A DNA stretch of 63,965 nt, the filler included, from Babesia bigemina (Eukaryota): NCBI RefSeq assembly GCF_000981445.1. It is 12 parts of 12 records of this genome, joined end to end, with 100 filler letters (N's around TTAATTAATTAA, not from the genome) between each part and the next. Parts side by side here need not be neighbours in the genome. Positions count along the whole stretch, not along the records: positions 12,757 to 28,226 come from NW_012236942.1; positions 28,327 to 30,605 come from NW_012236946.1; positions 30,706 to 33,076 come from NW_012236947.1; 9 more parts are not named here. The stretch is one strand, 5' to 3'. The notes beneath the pieces are model-generated. The model was not told where the DNA came from. It saw nothing but the letters and a program-made list of their open reading frames with translations, and ran no database searches. Position numbers and translations under genes: made by a program. This document shows positions 19,523 to 31,069 of this stretch, in pieces. The first letter of the stretch is position 1; every line of letters starts with the position of its first letter.

Positions 19523-19700
19523 TAGCGATGACATGGTCACGGCAGCGATGACATGGTCACGGCAGCGATGACATGGTCACGGCAGCGATGACATGGTCAC
19601 GGCAGCGATGACATGGTCACGGCAGCGATGACATGGTTAAGGCAGCGATGACATGGACACGGCAGCGATGACATGGTCACGGCAGCGATGACATGGTGAC
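19523..19700. repeat. Repeat B array
   Basis: GGCAGCGATGACATGGTCAC units. Confidence 0.95.
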
Positions 19701-19716
19701 CTAAGTGGTGATTATT

Positions 19717-20016
19717 ATCCACTCTACATCGCCCCTTAACCCACTCTACATCGCCCCTTAACCCACTCTACATCGCTCCTTTACCCACTCTACATCGCTC
19801 CTTAACCCACTCTACACCGCCCCTTTATCCACTCTACATCGCCCCTTTACCCACCCTTCATCGCCCCTTTACCCACTCTACATCGCCCCTTTACCCACTC
19901 TGCATCGCTCCTTAACCCACTCTACATCGCCCCTTATCCACTCTACATCGCCCCTTATCCACTCTACATCGCTCCCTTATCCACTCCACATCGCTCCCTT
20001 ATCCACTCTACATCGC
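19717..20016. repeat. Short repeat A array
   Basis: About 14 units of 22 bp between junction motif and leader. Confidence 0.95.
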
Positions 20017-20076
20017 TTGAATTACCTCGCCATAATACCGCTATGACCTCTCTAAACCATCGTAATCACTTGTGCC

Positions 20077-23000
20077 TTGACACCCTTCCCTACCCTTCTG
20101 ACTGAGTCCATCGACTGGTTGATCCAGGTTAGGTATGGGAATGGTGAGAATGGTAAGGGTCTTGGTGAGTTGTCTCAAGCTTTGAAAAAGTTGATTGAGG
20201 AGGCTATTGAGAAGGCTGAGAAGTCCCTTAATGCCGAAAAATCTAAGCTTTCTTGCCCCTTCAAATACTCTGATAAAGAGACTTACTGTCAGTACTACGA
20301 GAAGCAGATTAAGCACTGTGATGAAGAACTTAATAAACTTCAATCTCAACAACCTAAAAAACCTAATAATGATTACGATAAAAACATTCTAACAACCACC
20401 AAAAAACGTTGCGATGATGCTAAAAAAGCCTGTATTAATGCTCACAAAAAACATCCTCCATCTGCTGCCATAAAGGACATTGAGTCCAAGTTGGAGCAGG
20501 TTAAAAAGCTTGGAGAGAGTCTTAAAGGATTGACTGAAAATGACAATTGTAAAAATCTCCTTGTTAATTTATGTGACGGCCTTCAGACTTTCCTCGGCTT
20601 CAACTCTGAGACCAAAGGCTACGACGGCAGTGGGATTGTGTACTCCGACCTTGACAGGCTGTGCGACGGGGTGATGGCGTTTTTGCTTAGCTGCCTGGAG
20701 GGAAGTATAGACCTATTAAAACATTACAATCCTGATATAGTAAATACAATTCACGCTTTAAAATCTTCAATAGGCAAGGGGCTTGGCGTTTCGGGATTTG
20801 CGCAGGCCATTGGGAAGGTTAAGAGCGGACTGCAGGGGTATGAGGAGGGGATGACGGCAAGAACTGAGGGAGTTAAATCTGAATTAAGTTCACTTAGCAG
20901 CACTATTAACAGACAAAAAACTGAATTTAATAATATGCATAATAGTAAATTAGTTCAGCAGTTGTCCGTTGTGTCCACTAAGGCCTCTGAGTACTGGAAT
21001 AAGGTCATCGGTGTTGAGCTGGCGAATTCAGACTTAGATGAGAGCCTCGGACATAAGTTATTGCCAGCGATTAATTTGGTGAAACAGGCGGTAAAAACCC
21101 TGAAAGATGTTTCCGAAGATAAAGCCGTTACGTCACAAGCTGGGATTGTCGACACTACGTTGGAAGCGAAGAAAAGAGAGATAGTTGCACTTGTTGGAAG
21201 TCATTCAGATAATGTGCAGAAAGCATTGAAAGCTGAGTTCATAAAGGTAGGTGACAATATAAGCCGCTTGTGTCACGTGAGAGATGAGAATTTCGCGTTA
21301 ATGAAAGCGGCTATTGAGTTCACCCAACAAGAAGTAAGGGTCTCCATAGAGAGCTTCACCGATGAATACAGAAAAGAGATCACGAAGTCCTTCGACAATT
21401 TAAGAATTCAAATGATGTCCATTGATCCATTGAAGGATTCGGGTTCAACGCTTAAATGTCTTCTTGAACAGGATGTTCTGACTATTAAATCCAAAGTGCT
21501 CGAGATAGGTAATCAGCTCAGTAGACACGTATCGAATTTAGAAGCTAGAATTGGCAAAGCTGATAGTTTCGTTGATACTGCGTTGGAGAGGGTGAACGAG
21601 ATTCTTAGGGAGGTTGAAGAGGATACTGGACCAAATGCTAAACCGATTAAAGATGCATCCAAGGACATCACAGACCATGCTGAAACGTTACATGGGAGGT
21701 TTGAAGCAATGAAAGGCAAATATGAGACTATTTATAAAATCATCCATGGTGACAATACTGGTACAGAAAGCGTGTTGATGAAACTCAAGACGCTCAAAAA
21801 GCAGATTAGTGTGCCTCATTCGATGGACGCATTCACTGGAGGTGGTGACTGGGGTGTGAACCACGAAATCAAAGAGCTAACAAGCAGAATAAGTAACAAT
21901 GTTAAGGGGTATGTTAGCACATTGGTTGAAGCCCTTGAGGTGGGCGTGAATGAGGCAGCGACGAGTGATCCTCTTGGTGATGGACTTGGTATAAAAGGCA
22001 TTGAAGCTCTGAGTAGACACGTTGCCGAACATTTGGATGAGCTGGGAATGTTTGGCAGACGGCTAAATGAGGCTCTCCCAGCGGTGGTTGCCAAAGGCCC
22101 AAGTAGTGAACTTGCTACCGATCTGGAAACATTCCTCTATGTGTTCAAAGACGCGAAAGCGAATTGGAGTACAACGAAACCGCCACTCTCTGATATGTTT
22201 AGAGATCTCCAAGAAGAGTTTAGCACTAAGGCGATTGCCGGCGTCAATGACAATCAAGTAAAAGATCTTATAGTGGCTGCGGTCAACAAAGGTATCGAAA
22301 GGCTTCAATCGGCGTTGGAAATTCCAGTCATCAAAGAGATGGAGAAGGTTCATAAGATTTCGGACATGCATAAATATTTCGCAAATTCAGCTGTGCAAAA
22401 CTTGAAAGAAAAGGCTACTGTAGTTTCCTCCTCCCTCAATGCTATGTGCGCAGCTGTTAAGAAAATGGCAGGACAGGAGGCTAAGGGTTTGCAAAACGTT
22501 TTAAACACGCTGAAAAACGAGGCGATTAGTAAGCAGAGAAAACATTCCGAAAGCCTTGGCGAACTGCAACAACAACTTAGCAGATTTCAGAAGGAACAAT
22601 TGTCCGATCAAGAAAGCGGTCAAATTCAGAATGCTATTGCTAACGTCGTAAAAACAATTAATGAAGATCTTGAAAAGTTACCAGGCGCTGTGGACAATGC
22701 GCAAAAAGAGGCAGAGAAGTTAATGACTCAATTGCAAGACGATATAAATGTCATTCGAAATGAGATAAATACGATAAATGATAAGGTGAACGCTGCGGAA
22801 AAGGTTCTAACTTCATCGATCGATGCTCTGAGCAGGGCTTATATACATGCCGAAAACACATCGATGAGAGCCGTGCTATCACTTCGAAAGACCCTCATCC
22901 AAATGGTTAACTCCGCCTTCTCCGCCCTCACCCACCAAGTCCAATCCCTCTTCGCGAAGCAGAAGCAGGCCGACCTGTCCGCGCTGGAGGGCGTTGTCAC

Positions 23001-25764
23001 GGCGCAGTTGCAGGAGATTGAGAGGGTTATTCAGGCGGATAGGGGGAGCGGGGTGAAGGGGTATTTGGGGAAGATGAAGGAGAGTATCACAGACATCTTA
23101 GACAATCCCGCTCCTGCTCCTTTAGTACATAGCGATACATCTATTCTGTCTGTTAAATTGAAGTCTAACTTCGAACCTCTTCTTGAGTACGTAATAGAGC
23201 AAATATCTTCCGCCTCCCCCTCTGCAGTTTCAAAAGTTTATACGGTTGAAGGCCTGAAAAGTAAGCTCACCACTCTCTTGGAGAAACTTGCCGAGTCCAA
23301 GCATTTCGACGATAGATTCTCCAGCAATTTGCACTCCCTTAATGATGCTCTGGATACATTCAAACCGCCGAAATACGATAATGGAAAGAACCCATTGCTG
23401 CTAGACATCCTGAGAGATAGTATGAGGGCTCTGTCCGAGCAGCTTGGTTATGCCTACATCAACACGTACGACGGGCATCCGAAAATGGACCTTACGAAAC
23501 TGGTGTTAACTAAAACAGCCCCTCCGCCTAAAGTGAATGAATCAAGTAAAGCGGGCGAACAAGTGTTAACTCCGGCTGGTGAAAAGCTGTCTAAGGTGTG
23601 CCTTACTGCACTTGATATCTTGTTTCATGATCTGGAAGAATTAAGACAAGCGTTGCGAGCTGACGATGATTGGAAAACAAAGAAAGTATGTCTGATCGAA
23701 TTGTCGAACGGTAAGAAACATATGAGCGCACTTGGACTCTGGCTCAGTAACAATGGCTTCGTGGTGTCGGATAATTCCAACAAGCAAAACGGCGAGTTGG
23801 ACAAGAGATGTGATGGTAAGAAACTCATGCAAGTATTGACCGGAAGTAAGACACACGTATTCGCTGGAGAGAACAATACAACTGGTGCACTTGAAACGCT
23901 GCATTACTATCTCATTACATATTACAAAGCGAACCACTTCCGCCATATTCCGTCGCCCAAAGCCCCGTGCAGCATTTACCAGATGTTAGAGTGGCTGTGC
24001 GGATTATACTACAATCCGATGTTCGGGAAGCTTGTAGACGGCTTTGAGGCACTGTTTGATCGGAAGACGCACAAGTTAGATGTCGCATTGCCAGAGGAAA
24101 TGAATGACGTCGTTCAATCGCCTCTCAAAGCGAATCACCTAACCACTACGCTCCGTTCTGTCTGCTTCCAATCCGAAACGGTATTAGTCGGCATCCTTGG
24201 GCACGGTCACGCTGACGGTGTATACTCCACTGACTTTCATATAAACACGGATGACTTGCTGTATCCGACGGACTTTAACACTTTAGTCTGCCTCTTATTC
24301 GACATCTTGAAATGCCTACAGCAACAACTGTACTTCCTATATGAACAGTGTTGTCATCCAACAGACGTCAGCGGTTGGTCGGAGTGCTGGTATGGCCAGG
24401 GTATTGCCGGCTCAGGCTGGCAGTGCAATGACCTTCAGTGTCATAACCAAAAATGCAACCAAACAGCTGACCAAAAGCGTGACCAAATACATAACCAAAG
24501 CGGTGATCAACATCCTGAATGCGGCTTAAAATCGCCTCTTCAGTCTTTCCTCGAAGACGGTTTGCAAGGCTTCTTACCGCATAATGTGTCAGCCAGGGGG
24601 CCTAAAATGTCATGCTCAAGTTGTTCTAGAGCACCACCTGGTACTCCATGTAAGACACCGATGGGATTCCCAGCAATAGGCATCGCAGCATCCCATCGGA
24701 AAACTGGTCATCATTTGAGCGATGTGCTTGTTGACTTTTGTGGCGGCGCAGGGTCTCCTCTCACGAAGCTGTGCAGCCTATTTAACTGTATTCTCCCCAG
24801 CGCTCCCAAAACGCTTGGTGACATGTTCTCATTTTACTACTATCTCCTACACGACTGGGACGACGCCAATGGAAATGGTAACAAGCATAAGAAAATCGCA
24901 TTTGATGAACAAGTTAGCAAAGCCTACTTCAACGACGAATACAATCTCGGCGACATATCTCTGCTGTTTAAATACACGAAGCACGCAGCTTTTGTTCATG
25001 TACCAACCAACGAAGTGGAGAGTTTATATCATTACAGCGGCAACCTCTGTAGTATATACAACCCTGCCGATGAGTGTTACGTCACCGGCAGAACATGTGG
25101 CGCCTATATGACACCGTTGTCTTTGGAGGTATATTCCACATTGACCTCTAAAAATGCGGGTGGCTACCTGTCGTGGATTCTCTACCTTACCGAAACGTTC
25201 TACAACTTACTATGCCAGCTCTACAAAAGATGCGAAGATAGTTGCGCCGGTAGGAGTAGGAAATGCCGTGTCGCCGGTTGTGTCCAAGGCGGTTGCAAAG
25301 TTGCCGCGGTTGATACTCTGGACACTAAAAAGCATGGTGAGTCGTGCAACTCAATCGTTCAATGCCAAAATACATTACCGACATTATTCACGTACGGCTT
25401 CACATATGGCGACAGGATATCACTAAACGGAAATGTTGATGACAAATGCGTTCCTAAGAGGAGATGCAAGGATTTCATCGAACAACTCGGCAGAGTATGC
25501 TCCGACAAATCGGTACTTGCTAAGCTAATACATGAGACCATTCCCAATTTCATGTGGGCCATCAGAAGCAAATTCTTCTGGACCACCGTCGCCCTCTGGC
25601 TCCTCTCTTTATTGTACCTCATCCACATCATGGTCATCCGCCTAGACCTGCTCCACATCAAATCGCATCTACATAGTCCATCATCACATCGCATAGCTGC
25701 GCAATCGCTGTTAGCTGCTGCACGCGTTAACAAGCTTAACAGGGTGTTTTATCTGCAACCATAA
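20077..25764 (+). CDS. ves1/VESA-like antigen ORF, class II tail; no in-frame ATG until 20674
   Basis: ESIDWLIQV, GYDGSGIVYSDLDRLCD, CGLKSPLQSFLEDGL, TM, ends LNRVFYLQP; leader ATG at 20043 is out of frame. Confidence 0.8.
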   Translation: MTPFPTLLTESIDWLIQVRYGNGENGKGLGELSQALKKLIEEAIEKAEKSLNAEKSKLSCPFKYSDKETYCQYYEKQIKHCDEELNKLQSQQPKKPNNDYDKNILTTTKKRCDDAKKACINAHKKHPPSAAIKDIESKLEQVKKLGESLKGLTENDNCKNLLVNLCDGLQTFLGFNSETKGYDGSGIVYSDLDRLCDGVMAFLLSCLEGSIDLLKHYNPDIVNTIHALKSSIGKGLGVSGFAQAIGKVKSGLQGYEEGMTARTEGVKSELSSLSSTINRQKTEFNNMHNSKLVQQLSVVSTKASEYWNKVIGVELANSDLDESLGHKLLPAINLVKQAVKTLKDVSEDKAVTSQAGIVDTTLEAKKREIVALVGSHSDNVQKALKAEFIKVGDNISRLCHVRDENFALMKAAIEFTQQEVRVSIESFTDEYRKEITKSFDNLRIQMMSIDPLKDSGSTLKCLLEQDVLTIKSKVLEIGNQLSRHVSNLEARIGKADSFVDTALERVNEILREVEEDTGPNAKPIKDASKDITDHAETLHGRFEAMKGKYETIYKIIHGDNTGTESVLMKLKTLKKQISVPHSMDAFTGGGDWGVNHEIKELTSRISNNVKGYVSTLVEALEVGVNEAATSDPLGDGLGIKGIEALSRHVAEHLDELGMFGRRLNEALPAVVAKGPSSELATDLETFLYVFKDAKANWSTTKPPLSDMFRDLQEEFSTKAIAGVNDNQVKDLIVAAVNKGIERLQSALEIPVIKEMEKVHKISDMHKYFANSAVQNLKEKATVVSSSLNAMCAAVKKMAGQEAKGLQNVLNTLKNEAISKQRKHSESLGELQQQLSRFQKEQLSDQESGQIQNAIANVVKTINEDLEKLPGAVDNAQKEAEKLMTQLQDDINVIRNEINTINDKVNAAEKVLTSSIDALSRAYIHAENTSMRAVLSLRKTLIQMVNSAFSALTHQVQSLFAKQKQADLSALEGVVTAQLQEIERVIQADRGSGVKGYLGKMKESITDILDNPAPAPLVHSDTSILSVKLKSNFEPLLEYVIEQISSASPSAVSKVYTVEGLKSKLTTLLEKLAESKHFDDRFSSNLHSLNDALDTFKPPKYDNGKNPLLLDILRDSMRALSEQLGYAYINTYDGHPKMDLTKLVLTKTAPPPKVNESSKAGEQVLTPAGEKLSKVCLTALDILFHDLEELRQALRADDDWKTKKVCLIELSNGKKHMSALGLWLSNNGFVVSDNSNKQNGELDKRCDGKKLMQVLTGSKTHVFAGENNTTGALETLHYYLITYYKANHFRHIPSPKAPCSIYQMLEWLCGLYYNPMFGKLVDGFEALFDRKTHKLDVALPEEMNDVVQSPLKANHLTTTLRSVCFQSETVLVGILGHGHADGVYSTDFHINTDDLLYPTDFNTLVCLLFDILKCLQQQLYFLYEQCCHPTDVSGWSECWYGQGIAGSGWQCNDLQCHNQKCNQTADQKRDQIHNQSGDQHPECGLKSPLQSFLEDGLQGFLPHNVSARGPKMSCSSCSRAPPGTPCKTPMGFPAIGIAASHRKTGHHLSDVLVDFCGGAGSPLTKLCSLFNCILPSAPKTLGDMFSFYYYLLHDWDDANGNGNKHKKIAFDEQVSKAYFNDEYNLGDISLLFKYTKHAAFVHVPTNEVESLYHYSGNLCSIYNPADECYVTGRTCGAYMTPLSLEVYSTLTSKNAGGYLSWILYLTETFYNLLCQLYKRCEDSCAGRSRKCRVAGCVQGGCKVAAVDTLDTKKHGESCNSIVQCQNTLPTLFTYGFTYGDRISLNGNVDDKCVPKRRCKDFIEQLGRVCSDKSVLAKLIHETIPNFMWAIRSKFFWTTVALWLLSLLYLIHIMVIRLDLLHIKSHLHSPSSHRIAAQSLLAAARVNKLNRVFYLQP

Positions 25765-25889
25765 TCGTACTCACGTGTTTACTATCCACACTCACCTAGC
25801 ATCACCTACTCACCTAACAAATGAATTGTGCTTTAATCTGTTGTATCACTCATTAATCGTTGTATGTGATTGTGTAGTAGTTAACTAAA

Positions 25890-26055
25890 GTGCTGACCAA
25901 TGCCATGACCAAAGTGCTGACCAAGGTGCTGACCAAAGTGGTGACCTATGTGCTGACCAAAGCCATGACCAAAGTGCTGACCAATGCCATGCCCAACCTG
26001 GTGACCAATGTGCTGACCAAGGTGCTGACCTATGTGCTGACCAAGCACCTGACCA
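25890..26055. repeat. 12-bp tandem array (repeat E) downstream of class II gene
   Basis: Unit GTGCTGACCAA(A/G/T) with GCCATGACCAA variants. Confidence 0.92.
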
Positions 26056-26059
26056 AGTT

Positions 26060-27380
26060 GATGTTCACGGCAGCGATGAAATGGTCACGGCAGCGATGAC
26101 ATGGTCACGGCAGCGATGACATGGTCACGGCAGCGATGACATGGTCACGGCAGCGATGACATGGTCACGGCAGCGATGACATGGTTACAGCAGCGATGAC
26201 ATGGTTACCAAGTTAGTGGTCACGGCAGCGGTGACATGGTTAGGCAGCGATGTCATGGTTACGGCAGCGATGACATGGTCACGGCAGCGATGAGATGGTC
26301 ACGGCAGCGATGACATGGTTATGGTTACGGCAGCGATGACATGGTTATGGTTACGGCAGCGATGACATGGTTATGGTCACGGCAGCGATGAGATGGTCAC
26401 GGCAGCGATGATGAGGTCACGGCAGCGATTACATGGTCACGGCAGCGATGACATGGTCACGGCAGCGATGACATGGTCACGGCAGCGATGACATGGTTAC
26501 GGCAGCGATGACATGGTCACGGCAGCGATGAGATGGTCACGGCAGCGATGATGAGGTCACGGCAGCGATTACATGGTCACGGCAGCGATGACATGGTCAC
26601 GGCAGCGATGACATGGTTACGGCAGCGATGACATGGTCACGGCAGCGATGAGATGGTCACGGCAGCGATGACATGGTCACGGCAGCGATGATGAGGTCAC
26701 GGCAGCGATTACATGGTCACGGCAGCGATGACATGGTTATGGCAGCGATGACATGGTCACGGCAGCGATGAGATGGTCACGGCAGCGATGACATGGTCAC
26801 GGCAGCGATGACATGGTCACGGCAGCGATGACATGGTTATGGTTACGGCAGCGATGACATGGTTATGGTCACGGCAGCGATGACATGGTAACGGCAGCGA
26901 TGACATGGTCACGGCAGCGATGACATGGTTACGGCAGCGGTGACATGGTTAGGCAGCGGTGACATGGTCACGGCAGCGATGACAAGGTCACGGCAGCGAT
27001 GTCATGGTTACGGCAGCGATGACAAGGTCACGGCAGCGATGACATGGTTACAGCAGCGATGACATGGTTACAGCAGCGATGACATGGTTACCAAGTTAGT
27101 GGTCACGGCAGCGATGACATGGTCACGGCAGCGATGACATGGTCACGGCAGCGATGACATGGTTACAGCAGCGATGACATGGTTACCAAGTTAGTGGTCA
27201 CGGCAGCGGTGACATGGTCACGGCAGCGATGACTTGGTCACGGCAGCGATGACATGGTCACGGCAGCGATGACATGGTTACGGCAGCGATGACATGGTCA
27301 CGGCAGCGATGAGATGGTCACGGCAGCGATGACATGGTTATGGTCACGGCAGCGATGAGATGGTCACGGCAGCGATGACA
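26060..27380. repeat. 1.3-kb repeat B array
   Basis: 20-bp units with occasional insertions. Confidence 0.97.
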
Positions 27381-27404
27381 GTGGTGACCAAAGTGGTGAT
27401 TATT

Positions 27405-27877
27405 ACCCACTCTACATCGCCCCTTTAACCACTCTACATCGCCCCTTTAACCACTCCACATCGCTCCTTTATCCACTCTACATCGCTCCCTAACCCACTC
27501 TACATCGCCCCTTTATCCACTCTACATCGCCCCTTTACCCACTCTACATCGCTCCCTAACCCACTCTACATCGCCCCTTAACTTCCTCTAATCGCTCCCT
27601 AACCCACTCTACATCGCCCCTTTACCCACTCCACATCGCTCCCTAATCCACTCTTCATCGCTCCCTAACTCACTCCACATCGCTCCCTAACTCACTCCAC
27701 ATCGCTCCTTAACCCACTCCACATCGCTCCTTACCCACTCTACATCGCTCCCTAACCCACTCCACATCGCTCCCTAACCCACTCTACGTCGCCCCTTTAC
27801 CCACTCTACATCGCTCCCTAACCCACTCTACATCGCCCCTTTATCCACTCCACATCGCTCCTTATCCACTCCACATC
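27405..27877. repeat. Repeat A array
   Basis: 22-bp units. Confidence 0.96.
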
Positions 27878-28067
27878 CGCCGAATCACCTCGCCATATTA
27901 CCGCTATGACCTCTATTAACCATCCTAATAACTTGTGCCTTGTCACCCTTCACTTCCCTTCTTCCACCTCTTGCCACTGCCATGTCCCATCATGTTCACC
28001 TTAACTCCAAATCTCTCGAATTACTTCGCCTTATTAATGCTATGACCTCTGTAAACCTTAATAATAA

Positions 28068-28226
28068 CTTGTTGATGCCGACCATTCTCTTACTGATGAT
28101 GCTACTAAGAAAGCCTTGAAGGACATTGAGTCCAAGCTCATTAGCCTTGGTCACCTTGCTGGTCAACTTGGAGGATTTGTTGGTGAGAGTGAGAGTGTTA
28201 AGAAAGCCGTTAAGAAGGCTATATCG
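28068..28226 (+). pseudogene. 5' fragment of a ves-like gene, no in-frame ATG, cut by contig end
   Basis: My translation LVDADHSLTDDATKKALKDIESKLISLGHLAGQLGGFVGESESVKKAV matches ORFs 46951 and 36064; TAA at 28065 directly upstream. Confidence 0.75.
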
Positions 28227-28326
28227 NNNNNNNNNNNNNNNNNNNNNNNNNNNNNNNNNNNNNNNNNNNNTTAATTAATTAANNNNNNNNNNNNNNNNNN
28301 NNNNNNNNNNNNNNNNNNNNNNNNNN

Positions 28327-31046
28327 AGCGATGTAGAGTGGGTAAAGGGGCGATGTGGAGTGGATAAAGGGGCGATGTAGAGTGGGTAAAGGAGCGATGT
28401 AAGGTGGGTTAAGGAGCGATGTAGAGTGGATAAAAGAGCGATGTAGAGTGGGTTAGGGAGCGATGTAGAGTGGGTTAAGGAGCGATGTAGAGTGGGTTAA
28501 GGGGCGATGTAGAGTGGATAAACGGGCGATGTGGAGTGGGTAAAGGAGCGATGTAAGGTGGGTTAAGGAGCGATGTACAGTGGGTTAGGGAGCGATGTAC
28601 AGTGGGTTAGGGAGCGATGTAAAGTGGGTTAACGGGCGATGTAGAGTGGATAAAGGGGCGATGTAGAGTGGATAAGGGAGCGATGTAGAGTGGATAAAGG
28701 GGCGATGTAGAGTGGATAAAGGGGCGATGTAAGGTGGGTTAGGGAGCGATGTAGAGTGGATTAGGGAGCGATGGAGAGTGGATTAAGGGGCGATGTAGAG
28801 TGGATTAGGGAGCGATGTAGAGTGGGTTAAGGAGCGATGTAGAGTGGATTAGGGAGCGATGTAGAGTGGGTTAGGGAGCGATGTAGAGTGGGTTAGGGAG
28901 CGATGTAGAGTGGGTTAGGGAGCGATGTAGAGTGGATAAAGGGGCGATGTGGAGTGGATAAAGGGGCGATGTGGAGTGGGTTAGGGAGCGATGAAGAGTG
29001 GAGTAGGGGCGATGTGGAGTGGGTAAGGGAGCGATGTAGAGTGGGTAAAGGAGCGATGTAGAGTGGGTAAAGGGGCGATGTAGAGTGGATAAAGGGGCGA
29101 TGTAGAGTAAGTTAAGGGGCGATGTAGAGTGGATAAAGGGGCGGTGTAGAGTGGATAAAGGAGCGATGTAGAGTGGGTTAAGGGGCGATGTGGAGTGGGT
29201 TAGGGAGCGATGTAGAGTGGATAAAGGAGCGATGTAGAGTGGATAAAGGAGCGATGTAGAGTGGATAAAGGAGCGATGTAGAGTGGATAAAGGAGCGATG
29301 TGGAGTGGATAAAGGGGCGATGTAGAGTGGATAAAGGGGCGATGTAGAGTGGATAAAGGGGCGATGTAGAGTGGATAAAGGAGCGATGTGGAGTGGATAA
29401 GGGAGCGATGTAAGGTGGGTTAAGGAGCGATGTGGAGTGGATAAAGGGGCGATGTGGAGTGGGTTAGGGAGCGATGTAGAGTGGATAAAGGGGCGATGTA
29501 GAGTGGGTAAAGGGGCGATGTAGAGTGGGTAAAGGAGCGATGTGGAGTGGGTTAGGGAGCGATTTGGAGTGGATTAGGGAGCGATGTAGAGTGGATAAAG
29601 GGGCGATGTAGAGTGGTTAAAGGGGCGATGTAGAGTGTTTTAGGGGCGATGTAGAGTGGGTAAAGGGGCGATGAAGAGTGGGTTAAGGGGCGATGAAGAG
29701 TGGGTTAGGGAGCGATGTAGAGTGGGTTAGGGAGCGATGTGGAGTGGGTTAGGGAGCGATGTAGAGTGGATAAGGGAGCGATGTAGAGTGGATTAGGGTG
29801 CGATGTAGAGTGGATAAAGGAGCGATGTGGAGTGGGTAAAGGGGCGATGTAGAGTGGATAAAGGGGCGATGTAGAGTGGGTAAAGGGGCGATGTAAGGGG
29901 GTTAGGGAGCGATGTAGAGTGGGTTAGGGAGCGATGTGGACTGGGTTAAGGGACGATGTAGAGTGGGTTAAGGGGCGATGTAGAGTGGGTTAGGGAGCGA
30001 TGTAGAGTGGATAAGGGAGCGATGTAGAGTGGGTTAAGGGGCGATGTAGGGTGGGTTAAGGGGCGATGTGGAGTGGATAAAGGAGCGATGTAAGGTGGTT
30101 AAAGGGGCGATGTAGGGTGGGTTAGGGAGCGATGTAGAGTGGGTTAGGGAGCGATGTAGAGTGGGTTAGGGAGCGATGTAGAGTGGATAAAAGGGCGATG
30201 TAGAGTGGGTAAAGGGGCGATGTAGAGTGGGTTAGGGAGCGATGTAGAGTGGGTTAGGGAGCGATGTAGAGTGGATTAGGGAGCGATGTAGAGTGGGTTA
30301 GGGAGCGATGTAGAGTGGGTTAGGGAGCGATGTAGAGTGGGTTAGGGAGCGATGTAGAGTGGATAAAGGGGCGATGTGGAGTGGATAAAGGGGCGATGTG
30401 GAGTGGGTTAGGGAGCGATGAAGAGTGGAGTAGGGGCGATGTGGAGTGGGTAAGGGAGCGATGTAGAGTGGGTAAAGGAGCGATGTAGAGTGGGTAAAGG
30501 GGCGATGTAGAGTGGATAAAGGGGCGATGTAGAGTAAGTTAAGGGGCGATGTAGAGTGGATAAAGGGGCGGTGTAGAGTGGATAAAGGAGCGATGTAGAG
30601 TGGGTNNNNNNNNNNNNNNNNNNNNNNNNNNNNNNNNNNNNNNNNNNNNTTAATTAATTAANNNNNNNNNNNNNNNNNNNNNNNNNNNNNNNNNNNNNNN
30701 NNNNNATGGAGAGTGGGTTAGGGAGCGATGGAGAGTGGATTAGGGAGCGATGTAGAGTGGGTAAAGGGGCGATGTGGAGTGGGTAAAGGGGCGATGTAGA
30801 GAGGGTTAGGGAGCGATGTAGAGTGGGTAAAGGGGCGATGTAGAGTGGGTTAAGGAGCGATGTGGAGTGGGTTAGGGAGCGATGTAGAGTGGGTTAGGGA
30901 GCGATGTAGAGTGGATAAAGGAGCGATGTAGAGTGGATAGAGAAGCGATGTAGAGTGGATAAGGAGCGATGTAGAGTGGATAAAGGGGCGATGTAGAGTG
31001 GCTTAAGGGGCGATGTAGAGTGGGTTAAGGGGCGATGTGGAGTGGA
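28327..31046. repeat. Repeat A arrays (two contigs, split by linker at 30606-30705)
   Basis: 22-bp units, G-rich strand on +. Confidence 0.97.
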
Positions 31047-31069
31047 TGATATATACCACTTACGTCACC

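Noticed and set aside
20900..23100. SMC/myosin/Ebh-like identity for the long helical regions
   Set aside because: Generic coiled-coil composition; no ATPase or other diagnostic motifs, and terminal motifs are ves-like.
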